64,000 nt of DNA from Haplodiscus bocki (lineage: Eukaryota): positions 84,196,001-84,260,000 of the forward strand of contig OZ296651.1 of NCBI GenBank assembly GCA_965655095.1. Reading direction: 5' to 3'. The number at the start of each line of letters is the position of its first letter. Position 1 is the stretch's first letter. The position numbers and the translations under genes were made by a program. This document shows, one piece after another, positions 39,135 to 51,845 of the stretch. The notes under the pieces were generated by a model. That model did not search any database, had not been told where the DNA came from, and saw only the letters and a program-made list of their open reading frames with translations.

Positions 39135-39460
39135 AACAAAGTACCCGGCTAGCACCGGGATATTTTCGGCTAACTTTGTTCGTGATTGGAAAATTCATCG
39201 TTCGTAAAAATTCAAACTTCCAAAAAGACCTATATTTTGATCGAAAAAAAGCGTTTTGAAGAAATAATGCTGTGTTTTAGACGCATTCTAGAGCAAATTT
39301 GGTGCAAAAAATTCAAAAATAGAAATCGTGAAATTTGCCAGAATCGTGCAATTAGCAAGTAAACGTAAAAAACGCGCGCGGCGAAAGAAATTTCTCCCAT
39401 ATTATAAATATGGCCGAAAATATTAAAGCTGGATACTGATTATTTCACTTACTTCTAGCT
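39135..39460. repeat. Short non-autonomous element with terminal hairpin (Helentron/HINE-like)
   Basis: Starts after a poly-A run with CCCGG-CTAGCA-CCGGG hairpin; internal similarity to 38015-38275. Confidence 0.5.
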
Positions 39461-41377
39461 CTCAATCATGCATCCAAATGAACATTAGATTGTCAAAGGC
39501 TGTCGAGAGTATTCTTGCCCAAGAAGTTTATGAGAGCAATCGTTGATTTTACTATTTTCAGCCGTGTGTGTGTTTTCCTAAAAGTTGCCAATTGCACAAT
39601 GTGATATGAACGAAAATGCAAGATTTTTTCATCAAAAATTTTACCGCCAAGATGTATCAAATTTGTCGTAGAATGCAAATAATATCGCAGTTTTGTTAAA
39701 AATGTGTTTTTCTGAACAATATTATGGCCTTTTTGAAAAACCGCAATCTTAATGAGAAAAGTTTGTAAACTTGCCTTTACAAAATAGTAGTAAATCTCCA
39801 AATTATGTATTGGTTTTAAAGTTGCTTTCTTTGAAATAGCTTTCCGAAATTTTATCGAGTTTTAACAAATTACGGTGTCGGAAAACATCGCGGAGTTAGT
39901 CGACTGTCTTTTTCATAACTCACTTAAAAATAGTTTTCGAATCATGTAAAAAATAGCATTGAAAGTGTTTTGTATCAGACTTGTTGTGAACATTCGCTAA
40001 ATTTGAAAAATCTGGATATTCTTTTCAATTACACAGTCATTCTAATTCAACAGTGTTGCTGAGATTTTTGAACGAAGTGACTTATTCCGTGCCGGAAAAA
40101 ATATCATTCATCCAATTGCTTTTGTAAAAAGAAATTTTACTCTGTCTGAATATTTTGATATACAATGAGATGCGAAGAAAAAAATCGGTTGATTTAAAAT
40201 TTGAAAAGCTATCAAAATTTAATGAAATCCATTTAAAATGATTTTCTATCATTTTACAGTTCAAACTTTGAATTGCAAAGCTTCCTACATATTTTCATTT
40301 TCAAAAGTGGACACTCAATAACCGATGACAGTAAGCATAGTAGATGATTGAATGGCCGTCAATAGTTGAAAGTGTTTTCAAGCCGGACTTTTTCAGCAAG
40401 TGGTAGGCGAAGTGAATTGTTTTGTTGCTTTGTAAAGAGTTTCATAACCAACACCTGAGAGGCAGGAACATGTGAGCTGATCAGAGGAGGAATCTAAATT
40501 ATCGCTGCTGAATTGGAACAGAACAGTATATGGAAAGGGCGGGAGTTACAGTTGATGGAAGTAAATCACACAACAAAAAGAAAATTGAAAACTTCGGAAA
40601 CTGTAGTCGAATTGAGGAGGGAAAAGAAAAATTTATTTAGGGGTATTTTGTGAAAGATAATTGCCCAGAGATAATGCATCATCAGAATCAGAGAAGCATG
40701 GTTGTTGTTGATTGGTGGTACTTTGTGTTGTATTTGAAAATTGAAAAAAAACCTCTCTGAAAACTGAGCTCTCTTTTGCTTCTGTTCTCCGTACCTTAGC
40801 TCATTACGTCATACTTGTTCAGTTTTCTGTTCTCAGTTTAGTTCGCATCTCATCTCACATAATATGGCACGATGGGTCGACCTGTGGCGCAAGTTGGCCT
40901 TAATAATTAAAGACGTGCATTGGATACGGAACAATAGGAATCCCATGATCTCCATTGAAAAATCGAAAATTTTCTCTCTTCAATTTTTCATGGCATCTTT
41001 TGGACTTTTGCTTCATGTGTAGCCAAGTGAAGATAAAATCGATACCAATTCATTGATTATATATTCACATATCGCGCTTAACAGTTTACCAACTCGGATA
41101 ACTACAATCGAATTGACGTCCGTGTTTATTTTGCCTTTATCTCTTGTTTGCATTTTCCTCTGGCTTCTTGAACGGGGCAAGTATGTACAGTTGTAAACAA
41201 AAACGTTACCATATTCAGCCACAACTCAAAAGAACAGTGTACAAATAGAAAAACCCAAAATAAACACTCTAGAAATACAGCTCTAGCCCAAACAACTTCA
41301 CCTTTCCACTTGCTGCCTTCAATGTCACGCAGATATGTGAATATTAATGGTGTAATAAGATGTGCCTTCTGTTTTAG

Positions 41378-41472
41378 ATGGAACTTCAGATAGCGGCCCA
41401 AACTAGAGACGAGGCTTTGAGCAGAGCTGATGCTGTTGAGCAGGAGCTGAACAGTCTAAAAGACTATCTAGC
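41378..41472 (+). CDS. MIPOL1: Coding exon, MIPOL1-like
   Basis: gttttag and gtaagt boundaries; MELQIAAQTRDEALSRADAVEQELNSLKDYL versus MIPOL1 AKLLSMQQARETAVQQYKKLEEEIQTLRVYY; phase 0 in, phase 2 out. Confidence 0.85.
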
Positions 41473-43189
41473 GTAAGTATAATGATCCCCATCTTTAGGA
41501 CAAGTATTTTGCTCACATACTACTAGATCTTTTTGAAGCATGCAAAACTGGGAACGGTACAGGTCTCAGTGCCGTCGGTAAAAAAAATGAACAAGTCAAA
41601 ACGAACAAGTGGAGAGAGGCTACTCACGAAAAAAATCCCTGATACTGTGTGGCTTTGTTTGACAAATACCTAATAAACATGAAACCTTATATGAAAACTT
41701 TGACTCTTAGTGGTCCAAGTGATATCATCAATTAGGTCTCGACAAAAAGGTACAAGAGGAGATGCAGTGGCGCTGCTATTATTTCCATCGGCGGGTTGAC
41801 TGAAAACGAGCAATATCGATAAAATAGATTTTGACAGCAATTCCACTCAGTCGCTTTTTTCGGACTTGTTAGATTTCTAATATGACTTACAAAACCTAAT
41901 ATGTTATCAATAAAGATACTGTACCAACAGCGGTTGATGCAGACCTTATTGGATGATGTGAAAAAGTTATAACAAGAGGCGCTGCGATATTTCCCGTCGA
42001 CGGTGGGTCAGAAATGACTCAAAAATTTAATTGCTGAATATTTCGAGAGAAACTTAGGCACACTAGGGTGCGGAGAGGCTCGTCCTCAGCTCAGTAATTA
42101 CAATTTTGGACAAAACATGGTATTCTCAAAACTGATTTCTACGTGTCCAGAGGAAAATTTTGGGCGATTTTTTCGAAAATATTTGAAAAAAAAATTAGAT
42201 TTTACGGACTTTGAGAGACAATTTTTCGGTTGGTGTTGATAAAACTGCATACTACGTGTCCAGAGTGAGATTTTGGAGTTAATTTTTCTGAAAAGTGTTC
42301 ACGTTCACGCTAAATTGGCAAACAGGCGGAGAAAGGAGTCTACATATTGAATAATTTTCCTTTCGTAATATACATTGCGACAGAAAAAAATATTTTCACT
42401 TTTTGGCATCTTTGCCCGTTCGAGTTTTTGACACACGCAACAAAGTTGAAGATGTAAGATTTTTTCTGTGCGAGTGAAAATCTGTAGAACGTCTCCCGGG
42501 TACTTGTAGACGAATTTGAGGAATGAAAAATTGGTTCCAGTCTAGTATTCGGTCGTCCCAGTGTGCCAAACTTCTGCTCATTTCATTGTTTCGGGGCTTT
42601 TTTGTGAGATACATTCGTAAAATATGAATTGCATACTACAACGGGAGGTGAAATGTAGACCGCATACTTGACTGGCACCGTAAAATCATTACTAAGTCTC
42701 TTTTTCGGAATTATCTGGCTGTCATGGTTTCCATGCAATGAATAAAACTGCAGAGTACAATGTAAAATACGAAGAAAAAATCTATCGTGAGGACCTTGAT
42801 TGGAGAATCCTCCAGGTTGAATTTCAGAGTTTAAAAATGGCGAAAAATCTTTGCAGTTTTTGGCTAATTTGGCCTTTCAGGGTTTCAATGCAAGAGTGAA
42901 AATTACAAACGGTATTTAAATATATCCCCGTGAAACGAAAAGTTGGCCACCTGTTTTGAATTTTTGATGGGAGAAATCAATCCCCCAGTTTTACAGAAAT
43001 ACAAGTTTGGAAATCGAAAAAAAGCATAAGTAATAGCACTCTTTTGTATACTAAAACAACGACCCGAACGGCATCAATTTTTATCGGCAACCTGATTAAT
43101 AGAGATTACGATTGAAACGCCGGCGAGAAAAAATCAACCCGGTAGTTTTACAGGTATCTGAGTTTGAATATCGAGAAAAGCCGCTACTA

Positions 43190-43830
43190 TAGCACTTATG
43201 TCGTTGTACAGATAGAATATTGTTAATCCGGTGTTTTTGGAGAAAATTGAGGTTTTTTTTCGATAAAAGTCAGTACCAACTGCACTTTTTGGCAATTTTG
43301 GCCTATCATAAATCCGATCTACGGTACAAAATAAACGACTGTAATATCCGAATTTCTTCTACTATCAGAAAGTTGTCCATTGAAACCATGAAGGAAGATG
43401 CAGCCGGTATTTGCGGCTTTATGTGAGTTTCAATATCACGAGAAATCTTGACTAATTTTACTCTTTGGCATTTTCAGGCTATCGGGATTTTCATTTACAA
43501 AGCGAGTCGACTATATTGGTAGTGTTTATCATTTTTCAATGAGTCAAAATTTGTCGGTAGGGACCATGATGACTGATGCAGGAGGTGTTACTGGAGAAAT
43601 ATGACTTTGAGTGTCGCAAAATTTCAGTACTAGTTGCACTGTGACCTTTTCAGCCTAACAAGGATTCCAAAGTAATGAACGAAACTGATGACTTCATTTT
43701 TGCAAAGTCTTTATCAGCTAGAAAGTTCTCAGTTGGAACCATGGTGACAGGGATGCAGCCTGTTTTGACGGAATGAGAGTTTGAATGTCGAATAAACTTT
43801 ACAAATAGACGGTTGTCGATTGACACTCTG
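43190..43830. repeat. Degenerate ~177-bp tandem repeat, about 4 units
   Basis: CCATG.....GATGCAG...GT.TT..GG......TGAG/ACTTT recurs near 43400, 43578 and 43755, more weakly near 43228. Confidence 0.55.
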
Positions 43831-45618
43831 ATGGAAGTTGTTTGAAAAAATTTCATGGATTTTCCAGATAAAATTGTTTCAAATCTCGGTAGGTAGGTTT
43901 TATAATCTTTCAGAGTTTTTTGACTTCTTTGGGTGAAACTTGTGAAGTTGGAGCTTGAAAAATCAATAATGGTCAAAGAAATTTAAATCCGAAAGCTTTC
44001 CGAAAATCTTCTGTAAACCAAAAACTCTCAGTAGAAAATTTTTTCTCTGGAAGTCTTGATAAAAAATCATTACGATTGCGTCCATTGCGATTAACCTCTA
44101 GCCTAAGTCAGCCAGATTTGACGTCTGTAAACTAAGCGAGAATTTACTTGAAAAAGTAACTTAGAATTTGCAAATCAGCCAAAAAAGTCCACTGATTGAG
44201 TTGATTTTCCTTTCGTAATATGTTACGACAGGAAATATCAAGAGGACGCAAGCCAAGCATTTGTATTGTTTCATCCTTCTTTGGTTCGCCTTGATGTTTT
44301 CGAAAATGAACCGGAGGCAACGCAGGTTTCTGTGTCTTTTCTTTTCTGTGGACAAGTGGATATTCAGTTTCTGCGCCCAATCCAAAATTGGAGCCAAAAA
44401 TGAAGAATTGCTCACTAGCTATACAACTGGCTAAATGAGGCCAAGTTTTTAGTTAATTTTCGGCCCTTATTTATAATATGGAAGGAAGATCATTCACTCA
44501 ACGTAGACGTTTTGTTTCATCGTTTACTTGCCAATTGAAAATGTCCGATTTTGAGCGAAATTTTTTCATCAAATCATAGCAAATTTGCCGTAGAATGCGA
44601 CTGAATTAGTAAGATTTCTCAAATACGTACGAAATAGGGATTTGTCAAAAAAAAACTTGGGGTTTTTTGAAAAAAAGTTGTAATTTTTTCGAAATCGGTA
44701 ATGGTGGTAAATTTGGTGTCGAATGCGTATCAAATGATATTATTTCCTAAAAATGTATTTTCCACCTTAATTGTGAGGTTTTTGCAAAAGAATTCAGTAA
44801 ATTTTGAATTGGAAAAAAACGCTCTCATCCTCTTTAAAATTGACTGGCGGAAAATATGCCGGTGGTCTTGTTATTTTTGGACTCAAAATTAACATTTGAA
44901 GAGACCGGGATCATTGATGTGACGCATGAGATTGTTCTGGTCATGATGAATTAACTTATTTTGAGTTTAAATTTTATGAACCAAAACTCGCTCGGAATAC
45001 TAGAAATCAATTCATTCCATTTTTGTATTCCTTTGAATGTTTCAATTTTTTTGCTATTTAATAGATTGTTTTAAACGTTGCAGTTTTCGTGGAATATCTC
45101 CATATTTGCCATAAGTGAAATTTGATTTTTTTGTAAACCTACAAAATCTTCATTTTTGAAGGTTTGTGATCAAACTGTGCTGCTTTGAAATTCTCGAGTT
45201 TTTTTCATGCATTTGAAGTCTTTAGGAAGCCAATTCAGTCAATCAAGGTTTTAAATGGGCCTGAACAAAAAGCCGAAAAGTCCTTTGTGCAATTTAATTT
45301 AAGATGCACGCACCCTCATCAAAATTTGTTTTATATTGATAACTTTCAGTACAGCGAGGTGGAAATTGGTTGGCAAGATTCGCAATTTCAGAAAAAATAG
45401 GACATGAAAATTTATGAGGTGGCTTGTGGCCCACTGAGCCGGAAAAGTAAACAAACAAATAAATGGGAGAGCAACAAAATTGAGGGAGTGGGAAAGTGGG
45501 CAAGTGCTTGAGGATTATATTAAAATTGGCTGTCGACGTCGCCGAATTAAAAAAAGAAATAAAGTCTTTAGCTGCATTTTGTTTTGCTGCTCCCGTGCGG
45601 TGCCGGCGGCCACTGCAG

Positions 45619-45724
45619 TTTGAATGTTTTTGAGAGAAGTTGGAAGAAAGCTGAACGAGAAGGAAGGACAGAAAAAGAAGAGAGCATTTTAGATTTGAGC
45701 AATTTAGTTGGCCGTGTACAGCAG
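45619..45724 (+). CDS. Candidate next exon of the MIPOL1-like gene
   Basis: ctgcag and caggtgac boundaries; phase 2 start matches the previous exon (GC+T); LNVFERSWKKAEREGRTEKEESILDLSNLVGRVQQ. Homology and polypyrimidine tract are weak. Confidence 0.45.
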
Positions 45725-47171
45725 GTGACCCAATAATAAATTATCTGTACATTATTCAGCAAACAAAAGATGAAATAAATCAAAATATTCATAATTTACA
45801 ATCTGCCTCCATCCATCTTTGCAAACAAATTAAATCATTAAATAAAATCTCTTTAATTATCAGCTCTATCTTAATACATTCTGCTGTACACCACGGCTCC
45901 ATTGGACTCTACCTTTCATTGCCTCGCGCTCCTGTTTGTCTCTCATTATTTCAGCACCCGGAAACTAAACCCGCCGTTTTTCATCTGCTTCTATTTGTTC
46001 TTTTTTCCCTGAACGCATCCTCACTTATTGTCTATGAGAAATCAGTGACTGATCTTTTCGGATTTCTTATCAGTCAAAAATTGAGACGGTCCAGATTCCA
46101 TGACGGATTTGTTGAAAGGTTAACAAGTCATAGAATTTTTCAACTGTCTTTTTTCGAATCCTCATTTTTTTTAAGTTTGCGGTTTTGAATACAAGACAAG
46201 CCGCTTGTTGAAGTATCAACGAAATTTCTGAAGTTTTTGTTTGAATCGTTTGCTTGAAATAAGAAGCTTCAGCGCTTTATTCGATTGATGGGACTCTTGA
46301 GTTTTTCTCAGCGATAGTCGACGTGCTCTGCGTCTCGGTAGACGACATCTGGCTATAGTTTTGAAAGTTTTTGTTTTAGAGCTGACCGATGGGTCACTCT
46401 TATATCGGCTGTGAATAAGTTGCTTTGAAGTTGAGGGATTGTTTTTCACTCAAGGCCGCCGATGTTTTTGCCTCGATCGGTGTCAGCAAAGAGAAACAAT
46501 TGCTCATTTCAGTCTGGTCGATTATTGGTGACTCATCTTTGTCCTTCTTTGTTTCACCTTTCAATGCCAATTTCACCTACCTTCATATTTTCTCAACCAA
46601 TACATTTGTTGTTTTCACTGCTTTTATGTATTGAGTTAAACTGAAGCGCCTGAAGATAATTGCAGTCACAGATTGTCGTTTGATTTGTAAATTTTCACAT
46701 TGAATGGCCTCATGGACTCTAAATATTTGCTATTTGGCGACACTTTTTCAAATTCATTTCGCGAATAAGTTTTGAATTGAACAATGAAAGCTTGTGGTTG
46801 GGAATTGTCGAATGGCTAAACAATTTAACTGGCCGGTGAGCGTAAAAAATACAGATTAAAATGAGATTAGGGGAGAATAATCAGAAAAAAAACATGTTTT
46901 TCGGCGATGGTGATAACAATCTGGGTTGGAAACTACGTTAAAACATGCGGGATCTCAAAATAATTGTATAAAATTACCATTGTTCATTGCGCGCTAGACA
47001 ATATACGATTTCACGCTTATTTGAATTGATAAAAAGTACGAGGTGTTTTTCACCGATAAATTTTGTTAGCAGTATCACAATGGAGAAAATCATGGAACTT
47101 CAAAACCTTTATGAAACTTATCGGCCAAATGGCTCTTTAGTCGGCGCTTTTACCAAAATGTAAAAGTTTCC

Positions 47172-47288
47172 GGGTCTTTTCCGTTATTCCCCCCCCCCCC
47201 CCAGCGGATTATTTCCCCCAGTCAAAGCTGTAGCTGCTGCTACCAGTGTACATGTATTTATTCACGGGGGGAATAACGAAAAAGACCC
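47172..47288. mobile_element. MITE, 117 bp with 23-bp TIRs
   Basis: GGGTCTTTTCCGTTATTCCCCCC versus revcomp of the right end GGGTCTTTTTCGTTATTCCCCCC (22/23); flanks AAGTTTCC and AAATTCCC may be a decayed TSD. Confidence 0.75.
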
Positions 47289-50200
47289 AAATTCCCGACT
47301 ATTACAGTGGTTTTTCAAAGAAGAAAAAAAATTTTTGAAAGTGGTAAGACGTCTGAGCTCCTTTCAAATCGATCCACTTTTCGGAACATTTTCTCGAAAG
47401 GCATTCGCGCTTTTTTGGAAGTATCAAAAATTTGCAAAAGACCAACGAGCCCCCCCCCCCCCCCCCCTACACTACGAAATTTCACGTTAATCTGAGACAA
47501 CTTGCAGACTTAAATCGCAATAGCCTCTTGCCTTGCCAAAAAATTTGGGAAGCTTGAATATTTTGAACACCAAAAAGTGCTCAGGAATTTTTTGATACCC
47601 TTCCTACGCGGAATTCAGTTTAAAAGGCCAATAGCGAAACTATTCTTGATACCACCTAAATTTGCCAAAAACCAAAATTTTCAGAAACGCCAATATCAAG
47701 TTATTTCGTAAAATTCTCTTGAATGCTCCACAATTTTTTTTCACAATAGAGCTGTCAAACTTTAGTGTTTCTCCTCTTGCTAATAATACAACTCCGAAAA
47801 AATGCCATTTTTTCAAAATTCTTAGCTTCCCAGATTGTGTATGCGGTTCCATGAATCCTTTTTGCGAAACTTTCGGACCGCTAATTTTTGGACCATGACT
47901 CTTCATACTATGCCTGACATTTTTTTCCGAGCATCCAAATGTTTTCAAACAGAAAAATGAACGTTCTCTTAGTATTTTGAGCCATTCGGACGGTGCCGAC
48001 TTGGGGCGCTCCCAACTTGTTTCCAGTTCTTGTACTACTGAGTTTTGTGTATTAAAATATGAGTCTTAGGCAGGATTGCATTGTTCAAAACTTGATTGTG
48101 TGTAACTAACTATCTTCAAAACCAATCAGATTGAATATTAATACAGTTCAATGTTTGATAACAACAAGTGTTCCGACGCTAAAAACAAGATCTGAGGCAC
48201 AAAATATTTTGGGGTCCTGTTGCGTTACGCACAACGCTAGAGGTGCAGTATCAAATTAAATAAAAAGTAGCTGACCATTTTGAGGGGATGCGTGGTTGGA
48301 GAGCAGTGACAAAATTGAAAGTGTAACTTTTGAAGCTTCAAAATTTCAATACCAATACGCGTGGTACGCACTGCCAACTTGTTGGTTCGGGTTTTGCTTA
48401 ATTTACATTACGAGGCCGGGGTAGGGGCCCCGTGCCGAGACCTATAGTAACCCATACAAAACGGTAGTCGGTCAGCATGATCTCGAGAACTAACCCTAGG
48501 ATTTGGCTAAATTTTTGCATGCGGCCCTCAATCGATGATACAAGTTACTCTTCCTGCATTCATTTTGGCTGAAAATGTTTTTCTATGAGAGTTTGAATTT
48601 TTGAACCTCATGTTGACACTTTTTCGAAAAATTTCTTTTACCGTCAAAAATCTCTTGAATGAGTTGTTTTTGACTGTTTATCATAAAGTGAGCCTAAAAC
48701 CTCTGTTCCGTGGCTGTTACGTTGCAACAAACTGGATTGCATTATTTTTTTCAAATATTTTTTTTGACTTTTTTCTGAGATTTTCTCTGGAGAAGTTTGT
48801 TCGAAAAATTTACAAAAGCTGAGTTATCTCTTGGAATTTCCGTCCCAAATGTACTTGAGCGCTAACAAGTGAAGCACATTGTCTCTGTAGCTGCTTTTTG
48901 TCAATAATTTTTTCGACGATTTTTTTTCAGTAAAGTTCGATCACTTTTGGTGATATATTAGGGCAATTAACTAGTTGAAAAAAATAGGTTTTTTAAAAAT
49001 TTGTTGAAAGGAACACAAGTTGTTTTCGGGAAATGATTTTTCATCTTTTGACTTTTTCACGAACCGTGCCAGACAACACCTTGAAAAGGTAGGTCCTAGT
49101 CGCTCATCAGCTCAATAGAAGCAACCTGTTATCTTTTTTGGTGCTTTTTCTCAGTTTTTCAATCCAATTCTAGAGTATGCTTCACGTTGTTTTCTCATCC
49201 TTCATTGGATAAAAAAGTGAAAAAATTGTTTCAGTTTACTTTTGTATGCGTTCATTAACTCCATGAATGTATGTGAACAAACGATACCATAAAGATGCTA
49301 ACCGACATCGAAAGTCTCCTTTTTTGATGAATGACACGTTTCATTTTCTTTTGTGGGGACAATTGTGAAAATCGTCAATCATTATCCCAGCAAGCTTGCT
49401 ATGATTTAGAAAAAATAATGTTCAATGAATCGTTAGGACATGAAAGCGGTTGTCTATGTCTGCGTTTGGGGTTCAGAAAGTAAGAATTTTGTGAAATTAT
49501 GTTTTGTCTTTGTAGCTGATTTATATTCCCTCACCTAGTGGTGTAGTTCTTTGTGTGGCATATTAACTTGGTTACTTTTTCTACTTTGGTGATCATTCAA
49601 ATCTCAATGCTGACTCTACTTACTGCAGCCATTCTGTTGAAATTCTATATTAAACTCTGATAATTTTGTACGAGAATTAAACCAGTGGCGCATTGTTGAA
49701 TACATCCCACTGCATTAGGTCTGTGCTGGGAAAGCAAAGTTTGTGGTCTCAGTGTCAAGCTCAGTGTCAAGTCAATTTAAACCCAGTTCTTACTTGTGTG
49801 CATTTCGTGCGACTGGGAAGTTTTGTTTCACCCTTTTCCACCAAGTCTCGGTCTGTGTGTTTCTGGAAAATAAAAGTTTTTCATATTGACTTCAAAAGCA
49901 TATAATGTGGGTTTTCAACGCCTCAGATGGAAACTGTCGCCATCTTTTCGGCTTCGCTGAAAAATGCCATCGATTTGACTGTAAATTATCCGACCTGTTT
50001 TTATGGATAAATGGATCGGGCAGGTTCTTTTATGGATGAACTACGATTTTTTGGCTAAGCTTTTTATGACGGGTAGATCATCTAATTGTCGATTCAAAAA
50101 CTGAATTTTTCGGACCAAATTTTTGTGCGTGCATACTAACATCTCAAGCTAGAAATTGCGGTTCCTTGTCATCAGAGTTGTAATATCTAGTAGTTGACAT

Positions 50201-51845
50201 TATATTTCCGGTCGGATTAGAAGTTTCATCATTGGTGCATTTGTTGCCATTTTGACTTATATTTCAAGGCCACGGAATTCAAACATATGCCGCAAAAAAA
50301 CTGCTCTTTCGATGTGTTTCAGCTTCTACGGACACATAGTACGTAGTAATCGGAGCCAACCCACCGTTTAACTTAGTTTGAACAAATCATTTCCTTGTTT
50401 GAGGTGTACCGTCATACCCTCATCTTTGTGGGAAAGTGAAATCCTCCGACACTTATGCGTTTTTTTCGAATAACGCTGTTGAAACAAAGTGACGAAGTAC
50501 TCTTTCATGTGCTTTTCGACCATGAGGTCGTTATGTAACTGCACGGTTTTTAGGCAGTTCAGTACTTCCTTCTGAAAAACTTTTCCGTTTTCTTGTGGTC
50601 AAGAATCGTCCCAGCTGTTAGGCTTCCTTGGAAACGAGTACGCTTGAGTAGAATTTCAGAACTGTTACTTGTTGTTTGATACACTTGCTCCGATAAGGCA
50701 GTGAGTCCGTTCCCAAATGGCCTTAGGGAAATAGGAAACGTCGAATGTGTGCAAAATGTAAGCACAAAAGTCAATGACATCCCTTCAATTCGGTTCCGCT
50801 GGTGTAATGAGAACCTTTCAAAAGATTTATATACAACGGCTCCGGCATTTTGAATGCAACTCGACAAAACTTCTCACCCTTGTGCAAAGGAACGTGCGGA
50901 GCTTATGTTTATTGGAATGGGTCGACAAAGCATTGTAACGACGGTCCTGTCACCGTTTCGGCAGCCTCACGCAATCCCCAGAAAGAATGCAGGGCTTGCG
51001 TAGCTAAATGGAAACTCTACATCTGAAACCTTGACACTCGGAAACTTCACTTATGACTTCAATGCAATATGTCGTGTGGGGAAATGTGAAGCCACAGTGC
51101 TCATAAGTACTGACGTTCAATGTTAAAAGGCGGCAGAGCGCTTTGATTGCGCTGCATTGCGACGTTTCATCAAACAAAACCAAGTATCCATTAACCTACC
51201 AGTACAGCCGACTGACTAGTGGGCCTCCTTAAGTCATCGCACTCAGTCGGAGCGGAGCGCAGCGTAGCTGAGCGAGCGCGAGAACGAACGGGCAGTAATA
51301 CCAGTTGGACCACGCTCACCGACCGTAGGCGGGCGGTGCCGCCCGCCTTTCGTCGACAATATCACGAAAAATTTGAAGCCCATGCGGTCCTTACCTAGGT
51401 TCGTACGCAAAGCTTTCCTCTTTACTACAACCTGATACAGTGCTGGCCATGCATGGTACGCGAGTGACATTCCCTAACTTCGGACCTTTCTATTTGCTAG
51501 TGATCCTCATGTTTGTTACGCGGTTGCTACGCGCTGAAACTCTTTTGGCTATTCAAATATAAGGACTGTAGATTCGCCTGGGGCCAGCTAAATTTATCAT
51601 GCCTTTCCTACCTTCTCAACGGTAACCACTTTCCAGACTTGCAGCATTCTTAAAACCAACTTACTTCTTTGACTCTCCTAAAATTTCGACTTCTTCTTGT
51701 AACGTAGAAATCCTTTTCTCTTAATCTTGAAAAAATGCTTAGACAAAAATGCCTCCCAAAAAGTCTTAGAATGAATGTGATTGCCTATTCTTGAGAGTAA
51801 TCTTAGGCAAAATCTGTTTCGCTCGCCGTTTTGTTGCCGGTTGAA

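Noticed and set aside
45900-46745. Possible THAP/P-element N-terminal remnant (PRRRARR plus coiled coil)
   Set aside because: No recognisable THAP cysteines or transposase core; similarity is low-complexity.
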